NCBI GenBank assembly: GCA_024679065.1
Contig: JAGIQG010000019.1
Location: forward strand, 27,404,001 to 27,468,000
Direction: 5' to 3'
From: Sphyrna mokarran
Taxonomy: Eukaryota
DNA length: 64,000 nt
This document shows positions 45,986-60,445 of the stretch, one piece after another. How positions within the stretch are numbered: the first letter of the stretch is position 1; every line of letters starts with the position of its first letter. The notes beneath the pieces were generated by a model. It did no database searches. It was not told the DNA's origin and saw nothing but the letters and a program-made list of their open reading frames with translations. The translations under genes and the position numbers were made by a program.

Positions 45986-48454
45986 GCAATTGCTTTTACT
46001 ATCATCAAACATAACATGCTTACATCCTAATAATCTGAGAGACCTGGGGATAGCTCTGGAACATATTCATCTCAATGCCACAGGTTGAATATTGAGCTAT
46101 TTCTGATCAATAAATCTATTTCATTTCATAAAGCTTTCACTCAAATAATCTAATACAAACAAAGAGTGAGATTGATTTATTATCTGCACAAGCCCACAGG
46201 TAATATGAATTCATGCAGTCCATAACCAATCAGGTTAAAAATATACAGTCGATGGAGCCCTGTTTGACCTTGTAAAATCAACAGAAATAAGATGCATTGA
46301 TTCCATTACATCTAATCAAAATGACAAAATTTTTCTGCCATTCTGATCTGAAACAAAAACATCATGTTACAACATATAGGTTAAACACTTCAATTCACCA
46401 TTTCTTTCTTTGTATGCACATTATCACTCTTGGTTTCATAGAAAGAGTATTAGTGTATTTGCCAGCAAGAACAGAAAGAAAGGGAAGGGTTGGGAACGCA
46501 TTCCTGATAAGAACATTGGTGAAAAAACCTCAACTAGGTCCATGAGGTTGGCTTCTTAAGCTCCCTGATGGAATGGTAAATGTCTGCTCAATCAGGGAGT
46601 CTAACCTCTGTACATGATGAAACATATCAGTTCTCTGTTTCTGAATTTGGACCTGAAGCACTCTTCAGAGCAGAGTTAACTTTATAAATGAAGAGAATCT
46701 GGTGGGGGAACACCAGCCTCTGTGGAGGTATTTTGATTAGAAAGAGAAGTAAACCATTTAGCCACTCAAGCCTGTTGTACCATTCAATTAGATCATGACC
46801 AATCAATAACTCAATTCCATTTACTCCCATATATCGTAACTTTATCAAAATCAATCAATCTTATTTTTGAAAATTTCAATTATCCAGCATCCACATTCTT
46901 TTAAGGGCAACATTTCAGACTCCCAAAGCCTCATGTGGAAAAAACGTTTCCTGATTCCCCTTCTAAGTTACCTAACTCACTCTGTAAGATCCTTGTTCTC
47001 AGTTCCCCAACAAAGGGAACATTTTCTGCTGCATTTACACTATTGAAATCTTTTATGATTTTCAAGATGCCAATTAGATTGACCTTCCAGTTTTAATTCC
47101 AGGGAATTTAACCCATGTTTGTATAGCTTCTATTCTCAATTTAACTCAACATTAGTTTCAACATTGTTTTTGTTCCTGTCCAACAGATTTTAGTAATTGA
47201 GTCGCACAGCTCCCAAATCTCTCTGTTCCTCTGCAGTTCCTCAGTATTGGAAATACTTGTTTTTATCTATCTCGCCTTATTGTGTGGTTATGATAGCTTA
47301 ATGCAAGATTCTCCGGCCTCCCAACCACATGCCTCCTACTGGCGGGAGGTGGCACATTGTTTGCTAGCAGTGGGATTCTCTGGTCCCGCTATCATCAATA
47401 GAAATTCCTTTTGATATCATCCATGCCAGCAGGAAACCCACGGACACGGGTGTACTGCTAGTGGGACTGGAAAATCCCAACAGCGTGAAAGGCTGGAGAA
47501 TTCTGGCCGTCATGTGTAGACCAGATAGTCAAGCAAATATTGGGGTAACATGGGTACAAAAGGAGTCGCGTGTTAGGAGTGCGGGAATTCTCCCTGGAGC
47601 GTGGGCAGACACACAGCTCAGTCTTGTTAATAAACCTTTATTGTTGTCAGTCCCTCATGGCCTGTTATTGCAACCCAGTATTTTTGCAAAATTAATTCCT
47701 CTTGGCATCACATTAGTTGAAAGAATCTTGTTCTTGAAACTGCCAGAAATCACTACGTGACAAATATTTTAAAAAGGTGACATAAATGAAAACCCCCTCC
47801 AGTAGTCCTGCACCTTGGTAAAGAAACATGATACTTCTCCAGCTAATCTTTACTATTAATCATACGAAGCAAACACTGTGCAATGTATGTAAGTTGAGCT
47901 GCTGCCCGTGTAAATGTTTATCCAGAAATTTTCTATATTAAAAACATGCTTTGTTCGTATATAAGTTGAGAAATGATCCCACCAGAGACAGCAAGGGTAA
48001 GTTCAATTAGTGAAGAACAAGCAATGAGGGAAGAATTTTAACGGCTACATTCTGGGCATTTATCCAGCATACTCAGTAATATATTCTGCAATGTATTTTT
48101 GAAGGTGTGCTTTAATTACTGTGTATATATACCATTTATATATTATATTTCCATACAAGTCCATCTTCATTTCCCTTGCATAACTGAAAAAAGAGCCAAG
48201 GAACACATTGTTGGTCAGTATTAGCTGTGTTCCATTGGTGCACAATATGTCATAAGTTAAATTTTGAGAGACCCACGTCAAAGATTTTAGAGAAGGCTGC
48301 AGATTCATTTTAACCAAAGATATTTTGGAAAGAGTTCAGTCAGACTGTAGGAACTGAATGCTCAGTTTGTCAGCTAAATCTTAAAATGAGGGTGTTTTAA
48401 AATTGCGTGTGCTGTGTAGTTAATATGTTGATGGTATTATGTTAGCTCACCTCT

Positions 48455-51400
48455 CTAGGTTCCTCTGACTTCGGACAAAGTGACCACCAAGTAGACTAAC
48501 AAATGAATGATTATTAAGGTACATAACTATGTACATACAGATATAAAGGTTACCATACTAAAGATCCAACTTTTTTGAATACATTTGCTCATTGGTAACT
48601 TGACAGGTATAAGACGTGTGGGATGACACGTGGCATTGTTCTATAGGTGATGAGGAAACTGACTATTTTAGAATTATAGAATCCTTACAGAACAGAAGGA
48701 AGCCATTTGACTCATCAAGTCTGCACCGACAACAATCCCACCCCAGACTCTATCCCTGTAACCCCACCTATTTATACAGCCAGTCCCCCTGACACTAAGG
48801 GGCAATTTAGCATGGCTAATCCACCTAACCTGAACATCTTTTGACTATGTGGGGAAACCGGATAGAAATCCACACAGACATGAGGAGAATGTGCAAACTC
48901 TACACAGTCACCTGAAGCTGGAATGGAACCCAGGTCCCTGGTATTGTGAGGCAGCAGTGCTAACTACTGTGCCACTCTGCTGTCCCTTTGATTTGTAGAG
49001 AGACTGATTACTGTTCCTTCGCGGTGGCTTTGAATGTTTGAACACCTCTGTCAGCCAGTCCATCTGAAGCAGAGTGATAAAGTACAGCTTGAATATGGTG
49101 AAATCCATTGGTTCCCATGAAATGCTGGATTTTTTCACCAGTGAAAGCAGTCCCATTATTGGATATTAGCACTTCAAGCAACCCGTGGATGACTAATGGT
49201 TGTCGCAATGTCTCCACCATAGCTGATGAAGTTGTGGATTTTGTTCTGTTCATATCCAACCATTTGGAGCGTGCACCTATTATGAGCAGGAACATGGTGC
49301 TCATTACTGGGCCCATAAGAGCAATGTGTAATCACACCCATGGGCAATCTGGTCATTCACAAAGGTGCACTGGGACCACAGATGGCAATTTCTGCTGTAT
49401 TTAACATTGAAAATCTGGTCAAATAGAATTACTAATATCGGTATCTAGCCTGGGTCACCAAATAAAACAATGTGTGAGCATCTTTCTCATACCAGGACAG
49501 GCACTTAACAATAGCTTTCGAGCAGGAGTGGGAATGACCACCCTTGCACTCCATAACAATACACCGTCCTCACAACTTTACTCATTTTTTTCTTATCTGA
49601 AAAAGTCTTACTTCTTCAGATGTTATCACAATGACAGCTGTGGAGGAACGTACACTTGGCTCGACATAATATAGAGTTTTTCTGAGTCCACCTGACATGT
49701 CCCACCAACACAAGCAATGTGTCAAGAACGTTTAAGGCAAGAACAATGTTCCGTGGTAGGGCAGAGACGATAAACTTTCAGGTAGGAGAAGATAGTTTAA
49801 AGCAGTCATAATTGAAATGTGTGAGCCAGGCCTATGTTAAAAAGACCCATAGACTGGTAGTGATAGAGCCCACTGTTGAACCCAATTAGCTTTACACTGT
49901 AAGCTAGAAAATTGCAGACACTGATGAAACTCCCAAGGGTAGCTGAGTATACTGATATAAGCCTGTAAGGTATTCAGATTCTGCTCTAACTGTCATATGC
50001 CTGGCTCATATAAAGTTCAGTATCAGTTAAGCCTCCTGTTAATCTGGCATACAAATCTTCAATTCTTGATACTGGGTAGCAATCTTATTTTACTGCTTGA
50101 TTCATTATTAATATGTAATTCCCACATATCCTAATGGTTCTATCTAGTTTACCTACTGTCATGATGGAAGACTCCCCCTCTGAAAACTATGCAGGCTTGA
50201 TGATGCCTAATTCTCCCAATCACTTGAGTTCAGGCTCAACCTTATCAGGTGAGGCACATGGCACAGATTGGGCTCTGTACAACTTGTGGCGTTGTCTCAG
50301 GATCCACTTAAGGTTTTGCTTTTAATCCCGAATATTGCCTAACTCATTCTGGAACACAAAAGAAAAATGCAGGAAAATTCCAGCAGGTCTGGGCAGCATT
50401 TGTAAGGAGAGAAAAAAAGCTGACGTTTTTGAGTCCGGATGACCCTTTGTCAAAACTCCTGTCATCTTGGAACGCCTTTGGGTATTTTCTTAAGATATCA
50501 TGGAAGCTTCCATTATTGAATTTAAAGATTTTGAACCAATTTAACCTAATTTAGTAAAGCCAATCTCAGCTCACCAGACTAGGCCCTTTGTCCCCTTTTA
50601 CTATATGGAACAGTTGAACTGATCAATGCTGGTAGCTTACAGCATTTGTTGTTATTCATAGGATCCTTAAAGAATCCTCAGTATATGTTGCTGGCCTGAC
50701 CATTATGCTTCTTAAATTTAGGGGTTGAAGCCCTCTGTAAATAAAAGTTTATTACCCTACAACTGGTGTGAAGGCACTTGCGTTCACTTCCAGAGAAAGT
50801 AACTGACTGTTTATCATCAACATTATTGCAACTGGGGCCATGTTGTCCACTTTATTAGTTGTTTAACTGGTATATATCAGTATCATTTTCAGAGTTATTT
50901 TGATTTGATTTATTATTGTCACACATATTAACATACATTAAAATATTAGTTCTTGTGTGCTATATAGACAAAACATACTGTTCATAGAGAAGGAAATGCG
51001 ACAGTGTAGAATATATTATTAATCATAGCTAGGTATAGAGAAAGATCAACGTAATGCAGGTAAGGCTATTCAAAAGTCTAACAGCAGCAGGAAAAAAAGC
51101 TGTTCTTGAGTTGGTTGATACATGACCTTAGACTTTTATATCTTTTTCCCAAAGGAAGAAGGTGAAAGAGAGAATATCCAGAAAGCATGGGGCCTTTACT
51201 GATGTTGGCTGCTTTACCAAGGTAATGAGAAGTGTAGACAGAATCAATGGATGGGAGGCTGTATGAGAGCTGGACTTTGCTTGCCCCCGTAGGCTCTGCT
51301 TAGTCTTGCACTGCTCTTAATGTTGCCCTTCCTAATGCAGGCTTCCCTGAATTTGCATCTCTCCTGGGGGCATCTCCCCCACATTGGTAGCATTCTTCAT

Positions 51401-52780
51401 AATCCCTGGTCTGTGAAGCAAATTCCCTATATCTCTGCATTCTCTTATGTTCTGAGCCAATTTGCTGATTACTTTCTGTGGCCGCCTCCCTGGTGCTTCA
51501 ACTGCCAGTAGCTTCCTGCCAGATTTGGTGAACCTTGCCTGCTTGCACACTGCGCACTACCCAACCAGCACCATTTTGGCACTTTCTTTCTTTAGCCTGG
51601 GCAACATCTAATACCTTCTTTAAAATAATATCTACCTCTACTAATAATTTCTTTTGTATAATTATGTTGTTAACACGACAGACTAACCTCTCTCCCAACA
51701 TGTTGTTGAGTGCAGGCCCGAACTCTCACATTTCAGCTGTTTTTCTTTGGCACATCATGAATATCACTATCGACTCCCTAGCAGTGATACAAATTAAAAT
51801 TGTATCACTGCTTTTTCATTGACAGCTTTTGTCCCTTAACTAATTCCACAACCTCCTTGAAAGTTTTGGAGCTGGTAGCAGCTGGTGAACATGATGTAGA
51901 GATGCCAGCATTGGACTGGGGTAAGCACAGTAAGAAGTCTCACAACACCAGGTTAGTGGGATTACTATCAAATAAACCGGTTGGACTTTAACCTGGTGTT
52001 GTGAGACTTCTTGCAGCACCTGGTGAAGTCAGACTCCTTAGTAGGCTGTTAAAAGGATACTCATGGCCTTTCTCCTTCTCCTATTTTATTGACCTTAAAA
52101 AAAAGCAAAGGAATTTGATATATTGCACCCCCTTCTCCGTGTTGAATCGGCCTACCTTGCCACTCTCAGGCTGTGACTGATTCGAAAAGGCTTTTTCAAG
52201 GGGTTTGCTTCCTGATTTCTGCAACAGGAGTATTGATCCTCATTGTCAAATGCAGTATCCTCCAAAGGCCAGCAACCATCAAGCAGATTAACGAATGAGT
52301 GGTTTATCAAATTAAGTAACTAAGTTAACATTAAAGTTCATTTATTAGTCGCATAGGCTTACATTCACACTATGATGAAGTTACTGTGGATATCCCCTAG
52401 TCGTCATATTCCAGCACCTATTTGGGTACATTGAAAGAGAATTTAACATGGCTAATGCATCTAACCAGCATGTCTTTGTACTGTGGGAGGAAACTGGAGC
52501 ACCCAGAGAAAACACACGCAGACAAAGGGAGAATGTGCAAACTCCACACAGGTCGTGGCCTAAGCTGGTAATTGAACCCAGGTCCCTAGTACTTGAGGCA
52601 GCAGTGCTAACCACTGTACCAGCCATAACTATGTATAGAGAATGATATAAAGGCTTTTGTACTCACAACTCCAGACTCCTACCGAGCAAGTAAAATCCAC
52701 ACTCAGCTCCAAGACTCCAGCCTAATTGGCTGAATTAGTCACATGATTCTCTGAGCACATTCCATTTAAAGGGGCATACT
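48455..52780 (-). mobile_element. Highly decayed Gypsy-type LTR retrotransposon with nested SINEs (48695-48980, 52335-52625) and other inserts
   Basis: Integrase remnant SKWLD...HGLLEVLISNNGTAFT...YHSASDGLADRGVQTFK (49008-49360); gag-like remnant ~51500-51900; similar LTR-like segments at ~48455-48550 and ~52250-52660. Confidence 0.75.
51890..52012. mobile_element. Penelope-like inverted-repeat element
   Basis: Perfect 24-bp inverted repeat, 51932-51955 / 51989-52012. Confidence 0.65.
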
Positions 52781-53739
52781 ATCATAATTCTCTAATCAAA
52801 CCTAAATTTGATTTGGACAGCTTAACAGTGATTTATACCAATGTCAACCCAAAACTCCCACACAGGTACGTAACTAGTCTGTTAGAGGCATGTCTGTGTT
52901 AGTAAATTAGAATCTAACCTTCGTCTTATGTTTATTTTGAGGTCTAGCTGGTGAGATGAAAGCCTGTTTGGTCCACTGGCTGTAAAGTGCTCATGGGGTC
53001 AGTTTTTAGTATAACATACTCAGACTGGGTGAGAGGCAGGGTAACTTCTCCACCTGCCTAATGATATTACCAGCAAGGAATATTTTTCTGAGGATATCTC
53101 ATTTATATCTGAGTTGTAAGCTGCTAATAGTACAGCCAGCATGACTTTTCTTGGAACATTGATCCAGCAAATTCCATCAGCAATTAGAATCAGTGTAGTG
53201 TGGACTATTTGCACTCTGAAGAGGAAACTCAGGTATCTGAAAGCTGGGGGGAGATCTTCAGTGTAGGCTGGTTGATGATGGCAGGGGACAGACTGCACAA
53301 ATTAGCTAATGGTAAGTTTCTCCACATGGATGATCTAGTTTGTGACAGTCTCTCTGCAAAAAGGCACTGCTTCTCTGAAATGTTCAGACACGTAATTCTG
53401 TATTGGGAGACTAAGGATTTCTTAAATCCTCCTGGCTCCTCCTCCTCATCTCTCTGTTGCTGCTGGTGACCTTCCCTCTATTCCTATTCTACTTCCCAGC
53501 TGTCATTGAGTCAGGATGGAATGGCCAGACGATTATCCATTTGGAGAAAGAGAATGCTGTCAGTATTCCCCTGAAACTTCCTGACTCGCTGTCCAGCAGT
53601 GACACTGCTGATACGTACATGAGGTGCACACTCAGAGCTGGGGCAGGAATTGTTGATGGGCAACCGGCAAGCGGGAGTTGCCCAGAGTTTAAGTGCAGGA
53701 TGTCTTCCCATCCAGCAGTGATTGAGAGCCTGTCCATTT

Positions 53740-53945
53740 GCTGGGCAGGGTAGTCTATCTGTCTGCTGTGGGAGGTGGTAGTCTGCCAGTCTGCTGGGTG
53801 AACAGTCTGTCTGTCTGCTGGGCAAGGCAGTCTGCCTATCTGCTGAGTGAACAGTCTGTCTGTCTGTGGGCAGGGCAGTCTGTCTGTCTGCTGGACAGGT
53901 CAGCCTCCCTGTCTGCTGGATGAACAGCCTGTCTGTCTGCTGAGT
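53740..53945. repeat. ~24-bp minisatellite (ctgggcagggcagtctgtctgtctg-like), about 8 degenerate units
   Basis: Visible tandem repetition. Confidence 0.8.
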
Positions 53946-56549
53946 GGGGGAGCCTACAGAAAAAGGCAAAGCCTAGGAACGAAAGGTATTAGTCCCCAAG
54001 GGGAGATTGCAGTCTGGCAATCACTAGACAAGAAGGGGTAAAATCACTGGGATGGGTCTAGGTGGACAGATCATGGTCAGAGGTGTAGGCAGTGATTAGT
54101 AGCGTCTCTTGGTCATTCTTGTGAGGAAGAGCATTGTTAAGGGGTGACAATCTGGAGTTGGGAAGAAAGCCTGAGATCATGTTGATGATATGGCAGAGCT
54201 ATAACACATGTAAACTTGTTGGGCTTGTAGGAAATAATCCCGTTCCTCTTAATCCACGAGTAGTGCTGTAAATGAATACCTCATGGATCCCATCCTCCTC
54301 ATCTCATTTTATCGAAGAGTTTGCTGAGATCTAAGATCCAGGTTACCGACCTTTCTGTTTCCATTAAAAATCAGAAGTGAATGAGTTTGATGTGGGTGTG
54401 AAATTTTCAAAAACCTTAACTTCTCAGTTGTGCTAAAGCCACCCATTAATTGGCAATGAAATGAATGATTCTGTACCCGAAGACAACAGAAAAAAGTGTG
54501 TACATTTTGAGGTGATCATTGAAATGAAAACAGCTCATGGTACGTATCATCAATACCAGTTACTGCTTGGACTATGGACGATTAGTGGATGGGTCTAGAT
54601 TCCAGCAGCAGACTTTGCAGACTCCAGCTACTCCAGGTAGGCCCATTCACAGGGTGAAAGGGAGAACAATTTGGCCCTAATGTTTATTGGTTCAGTTCTT
54701 GTTTAAGTTCTATAGTGACACTGAGGCGAAACTGATATGACATTGGCAATGTCATTGAGAGATGCTAGAAGATGGCTGTGCCCAGAATGAACAGATATAA
54801 TAGAATCAACAGACAATGCTTATTGGTGATACCTAGTGGGGGAGGGTTTTACTTTAGCCATGCCATATCTGACTTGATAGAGTTTGCTATCTCTTATGTA
54901 TGATGCATAGCCCCTTTAAGGGAATGGATCATGTGACCTCAGATGTGGGTTGAACAGTTGAGATCCACACAGTGGGCAATCAATGTTTGGAGTGCAGAGC
55001 GAATGGATGTAATAAAGAGTTGTGTTCCCTGACACCTAATTGTGCAGCAGTTATTGAGGAGAAGCCTTGGTACAATGCATTTAACAGTATCTGAAATGAA
55101 ATACGTTCTGATTTCTTATATCAACTTCCCTCAACTTACTCAGCACAAAATTAAACAGTTTTCAATGTTATTATGGTAGCCTGCTATTTCTATAGGCATC
55201 AGGGGATGAGCCGGTCACAGTGGGCTCAGTCAGATTAAGTTACAGATGGTCTGTTCTGTCCTGTATAAATATGCATGTCTGTGGCAGCACACTCCTATAT
55301 ATGCAAAATTTAACCTCAATGTAGCATCTTAAACAAATCAAAAATATGTTTTGCTCTTAATTATTAATTGTTAAATTATAGACCATCTGTTTGGAGTCGT
55401 ATTGCGTGTTTATATTATATAAAGTTTATATTTTCTAAATAATATTGTAAATCAGATAGGAACAGCACATGACATTCAGGGCACTATTTTACATATGTTT
55501 TATTGCATCTTACCACAGAAGATTTCTGGAACAATATTTTTTCGGCATCAAGTCAAACCACACACATTGATCACTGAAATTAATAATTGGATAGAGTGAA
55601 TTGTGGAACCCATTAGCATTGAATACTAGCGTAGCGATGGTCAATATTAGAGAATGAACATGTGAAATTCAATTGCTTAGTGTCTCTAAAAAGGTCTAGC
55701 TGGTGTGTTCTTGCCTGTGGAGTTCCTCTGGCTGCCTGTTCAAAAAGATCGAGGGTGACTCAACGGCTTGAATTAACAAAGGCTCATTGCCAAATAAAAA
55801 AAAATAGTTAACAAATTCAGACTAAATTGCAATGCGGCTGCTCTACTCCATTCCTGGCTTCAACTGCAAGTACCTCCTCGACCCGTGGTAACTCTCCTGC
55901 AGATTGGCTGAGCTTCCCCCTTCCTGCCAGGATAATCCATAGTGTCCTCACTGATCCATAGGGACCGTGAGAAACACCCTGCCCTCCGCCCTTTAAGGGC
56001 CATGTTACCATCACTATGAATTGGAATGTTATACGCAAAGAGAGTTCCCTGTCACTCCAAATACATTGATTGCATTTTATTGACGTGAACAGGCTGCTAT
56101 ATCACCAGTAGATGAATATTGGCCAAGAGTTTCCTTATTCGCTACTTAAACAACAAGTATTATGAAGTGGACTCTGTTCTGAGACTATTCAAAAGGCTCG
56201 CCTTGAGTCGCAGTGAAGTGCTTTTGATTCTATTGTACAGACGCACTGTGGTGAATTGCTGGAAGAATTTGAAGGTTTCTACTGACCACAGAAAGACAGA
56301 GAATCGCATTATTTTGTATTGGTGTGTTGTCGCAGTGCCTCTTGTTCTACAACAGGAACAATATATGCAGAAGAAGCTGGAACTGTGGAACCTCAGCAAG
56401 TAAGAAGAGGAGAGTTCTCCTTCGAAAACCCGACCCGCAATGTATCTTCCGGATACGCACTCCCACACTGGGATAGCAAGGAGCAGTGCTTCAGGAGGCT
56501 TCACTTCCCAAAGGAATTGTCACCTCTGAGTTGCACTCACGTGAGGGTG

Positions 56550-57810
56550 TCCTTGATACCTTTCCAAGTCAGGATGATGAGTGGCTTGGAGGAGAACTCA
56601 CAGGTGGTGGTGTTCCCATGTATGTGCTGCCCTTGACAGTGGTTACAGGTTTGGAAGATATTGTCTAAGGAACATTGGTGAGTTGCTGCGGTGCCATCTT
56701 ATAGATGATACACCTCCTCTGCCAGTGGCAATGGGAGTGGAAGTTTGTGGATATGATGCCAATTAAGTGGGCTGCTTTGTCCTGGATGGTGCCGAGTTTC
56801 TTGGGTGTGTTGGAGCTGCACCGAACCAGGCAAGGGGAGAATATTCCATCAGATTCCTGACTTGTGGTTTGTATCTGGTGGACAGACTTTGGGAAATTAG
56901 GAGATGAATTACTCACCACAGGATTCTTAGCCTCTGACCTGCTCTTGTAGCTAGAATATTTACATGGCTAGTGCATTTCAGCTTCTGGTCAATGATAACT
57001 CCCTGGATGTTGATAATGGGGGGCTCAGTGATGGTAAAGCCAGTGACTGTGAAGCAGTTGGATTGTCTCTTGTGTGGCAGGAATGCTACTTACCACTTGT
57101 TAGCTCAAGCCTGGATATTTTCCAGATTTTTCTGTATTTGGGCATGGACTGCCTCAATGTGTGTGGAATCACAAATAGTACTGAATATTGTGCAGTCATT
57201 GCTGAATATCCCCACTTCTGATGTTATGATGGAAAAGAATCATTGATGAAGGAGCTGAAGATGGTTGAGCACAGGGACAATACCCTGAGGGACTCCTGCA
57301 GTGATGTCCTGGAGCTGTGATGATTGACCTCCAATCACCACAACTATCTTTCTTTGCGCCGGTCATGACTTCAACTTGTGGAGGGTTTTCCCCGATTCTC
57401 ATTGACATCAGATTTGCTCAGGTTCCGTGATGCCACACTTGGCCAAGTGCTGTCTTGATGTCAAAGGCAGTTACTCTCACCTACTTCTGGAGTCCAGCTC
57501 TTTTGTCCATGTTTGAACCAAGGCTCTAATGAGTTCAGGAGCCGAGTGATCCTGGTGAAACCCAAACTGAGCATTAGTGAGCAGGTTGTTGCTGAGGAAG
57601 TGCCGCTTTAAATTAATGAAAGGGATCTTCAACAGTGCTATCAAGTGGCAAAAGCTTGCCACACTTCTAAGCCAAGTACAGCTACCACATTGGCATCTAC
57701 CTGGCAGTGTGGAATGTCTCTCAGGTGTATTCTGTAAATAAAAAACTGGACAAATCCAACCCATCAACCTGATCATTAGTAAATTGATGAAAGGCATCAT
57801 CTACAGCTAT
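56550..57810 (-). mobile_element. Degenerate CR1-clade LINE relic (same family as 1-1520, 21865-23250, 42700-43140)
   Basis: NNLLTNAQFGFHQDHSAPELI.ALVQTWTKELDSR. Confidence 0.8.
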
Positions 57811-59254
57811 CCCGATGGTCAGGAGTTGACTGATGGCTTAGATTTGACCTGTTTTTGTTTACAGGATATTTTTGGGTAACATTCCAGATTGGTATGTGCC
57901 TGGCAATGTGATAGCTGTGCTTGGCTTAGGGGTATGGCAAGTTTTGGAACACAAGCCGGGAATCGAACGTAGGTCTCTGGCACTGTGAGGCAGCAGTGCT
58001 AACCACTGTGCCACCACTGTACTCTGATACATACCTGAGAGTCCGTACATATCAGATTCCCCTTCAAAAAATCCCTTTGGCCAACATCATTCAGTAAAGA
58101 CCTCCAGCTCAACAACTTCACTCAACAACTTTATCCAGCTAAACGCCAATCATGCAACAAAGATGATAAGAACTAATCATACTTGTATCCCTTAGTGTCT
58201 GTCTTGCAGGTGCTTTACCTGCCTTAATGCTCCTATGCAGCATTACCTTAACGGCTGTTGCATGGCAGGTGGAGCACTGAAGATTTCTGCTCGGAAAGAC
58301 TGTGGATGACCTGCAGAACAGTCCTGAGCCTACATGGCCTGGCTTCAGGCTGCATCATGGGAGGTAACAGTATGAGTTGGCTGACTAAGAAGCAGCAGCA
58401 GAGATAAGGGCAGAATGGCAGGGGTACAGCAAGAATTCTGTCTTCTTGAAAGAGCGCATAAAGCTCACTCTCACCGGTAACCTTTTGGAGCACAGTTTGC
58501 TGAATAGTTGGAAGGGTTTGCATTCCCTTCCGAGCACTCAGATCCACATCCATGATGGTGACTATCTGAGACTAGAAGTGAGCAACCATGGGTCTCATGA
58601 CCTGCGCCTGATCTTCCTCTTCAGCTGTGCCAATGCGGGAAGTCTATTCTGCAGCTGAGACAACAGCAACCATCATGGGTACATCTAGAAGTGCTGCCAT
58701 GGAGGTCCCCAACTGTTTCATAGTGCAGGATACCCTGTGCCACGGTGGAGCCAAACTCCTCCTTTTAGAGAATCTTGCCAGCCCGCCAATGCACTAAGCA
58801 TCTCCTAAAGTGGCACCATCAATGTTTCACCCAATAAGATCCTCATCTGAGGCTCCTGCAGCAGAACTGCGGTGTGACATCATCCTCCAGGATGTTCGGG
58901 TGTGAGCTAACATGTTATCATGGCTGCAGATCTCTTCCGCCTCCCCCCACCCCCTTAAAAAAGGGAAGCCCAACTGAAATAAGTTCTTTCTTTTCCTAGG
59001 CTACCCAATCCGCTGCAGTGCACAAAGGATGCCAGGCAGCACAGTAAAGCCCAGGGCAGCAGAGGAGTCCTTCAAAGCAAATAAGGTGGTTGTGCTGCCC
59101 GCACTGTTTCCAACCAGCATGGACAGGTCACCAGTCACAGTCTCTGCACCCAATGATCAGGACCAATTCTAACCCCTTCCCTTTGGCCACAAGAATTCCT
59201 TAAATCCTGTTGGTCAGTAAAGATGAGGTGCTGGTTGGAGAAAAGCTGCACACT

Positions 59255-59555
59255 TAAAAGCATGGTGACACTGTGGTTAGCACTGCTGCCTCACATCACA
59301 AGGGACCCAGGTTCAATTCCTGGCTTGGGTCACTGCCTGTGTGGAGTCTGCATGTTCTCCCCATGTCCGTATGGGTTTTCTCCAGGTTCTCCGATTTGCT
59401 CCCACAATCCAAAAGATGTGCTGATTAGGTATATTGGCCATACTAAATACTCCCTCAGTGACCCAAACAGGCACCCGAGTGTCTGATGAGAGGGCTTTCA
59501 CAATAACTTCATTGCAGTGTTAATATAAAACAACTTGTGACAATAATAAATAAAC
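59255..59555 (+). mobile_element. V-SINE (alternative-tail subfamily)
   Basis: tgtggttagcactgctgcctcac...ggttcaattcc, V-domain, tail ttcattgcagtgttaat...aataaataaact. Confidence 0.88.
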
Positions 59556-60445
59556 TTTAGGAGGAGAATTTTTTAAAAAATCAGAGCATAAATCCCTCCC
59601 ATTCTTGATTTAGTGAAAAATAGCTGCCTCCTCCACTGCCTTCTCTCTCCAAACGCTTTCAGCAAAGGAGCGACATCTGATTTGTGGGTATTTGAGAAAA
59701 GTAAGAACAAACACCCAGAATGTGATAAAGTGACTATAAGGGGACACTGTGGGACATATTTTGCATTGAGTAGCTTGCGGGGTTCATCACTGCAGTTTTC
59801 CATTTCACATGATTGGACATGGGGGAGGTCATGGTGGATTCTGGGACTCGAGGCAGATCAAAATCAAAAATAACCCAATGCATTTAAAAATCTTTTGTAT
59901 AGTGGTGGTGGGTTGGAGTGGAGGGGCAGAGGGGGGAGTGATTCAACAGCCACTTTGGAAGGAACCTTAGCCAGAAAATGTTATCCTCTTTGCTCTTCAG
60001 TGGAATGAAGCCTGTACCATTCTCCAGAACTTGGAGACAGGAATTCTGTTTATTATCCAATCTGGAGACAAACTGATTTGAATTTAAGGGAATGTCTGAC
60101 AGACAACATACAGAGCATTGTCATCTTTGCTGCAGCTGTCGTCTTAGCTCTCTGATGCTAATAAATTACTCAAGACAACAGTGTAATTCTTCCAAAAACA
60201 TTTCAACCATATACAAAGCATGTTGCTGGCCTGATTTGTGTGTATTTGAGGGATAGTTTACTTCGGATCTCAAACTGATAATGTCATAGTTGAGACAACC
60301 TCCATCTGTAGTTGTGATTCTTTGTATCTGCTCTTCTTCATGAGCAATCAGAATGAATACTGAGTTTCTGACTTCTCAGCAATTAAAATAAAAATCACTG
60401 GAGAAAGGATTTTGCAAGTGTGACAAAGACTCTCAAATTATATAT

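Noticed and set aside
53511-53969. 152-aa QTD-repeat ORF, or a CRISPR-like array
   Set aside because: It is only the translation of a degenerate minisatellite; there are no unique spacers and the context is eukaryotic
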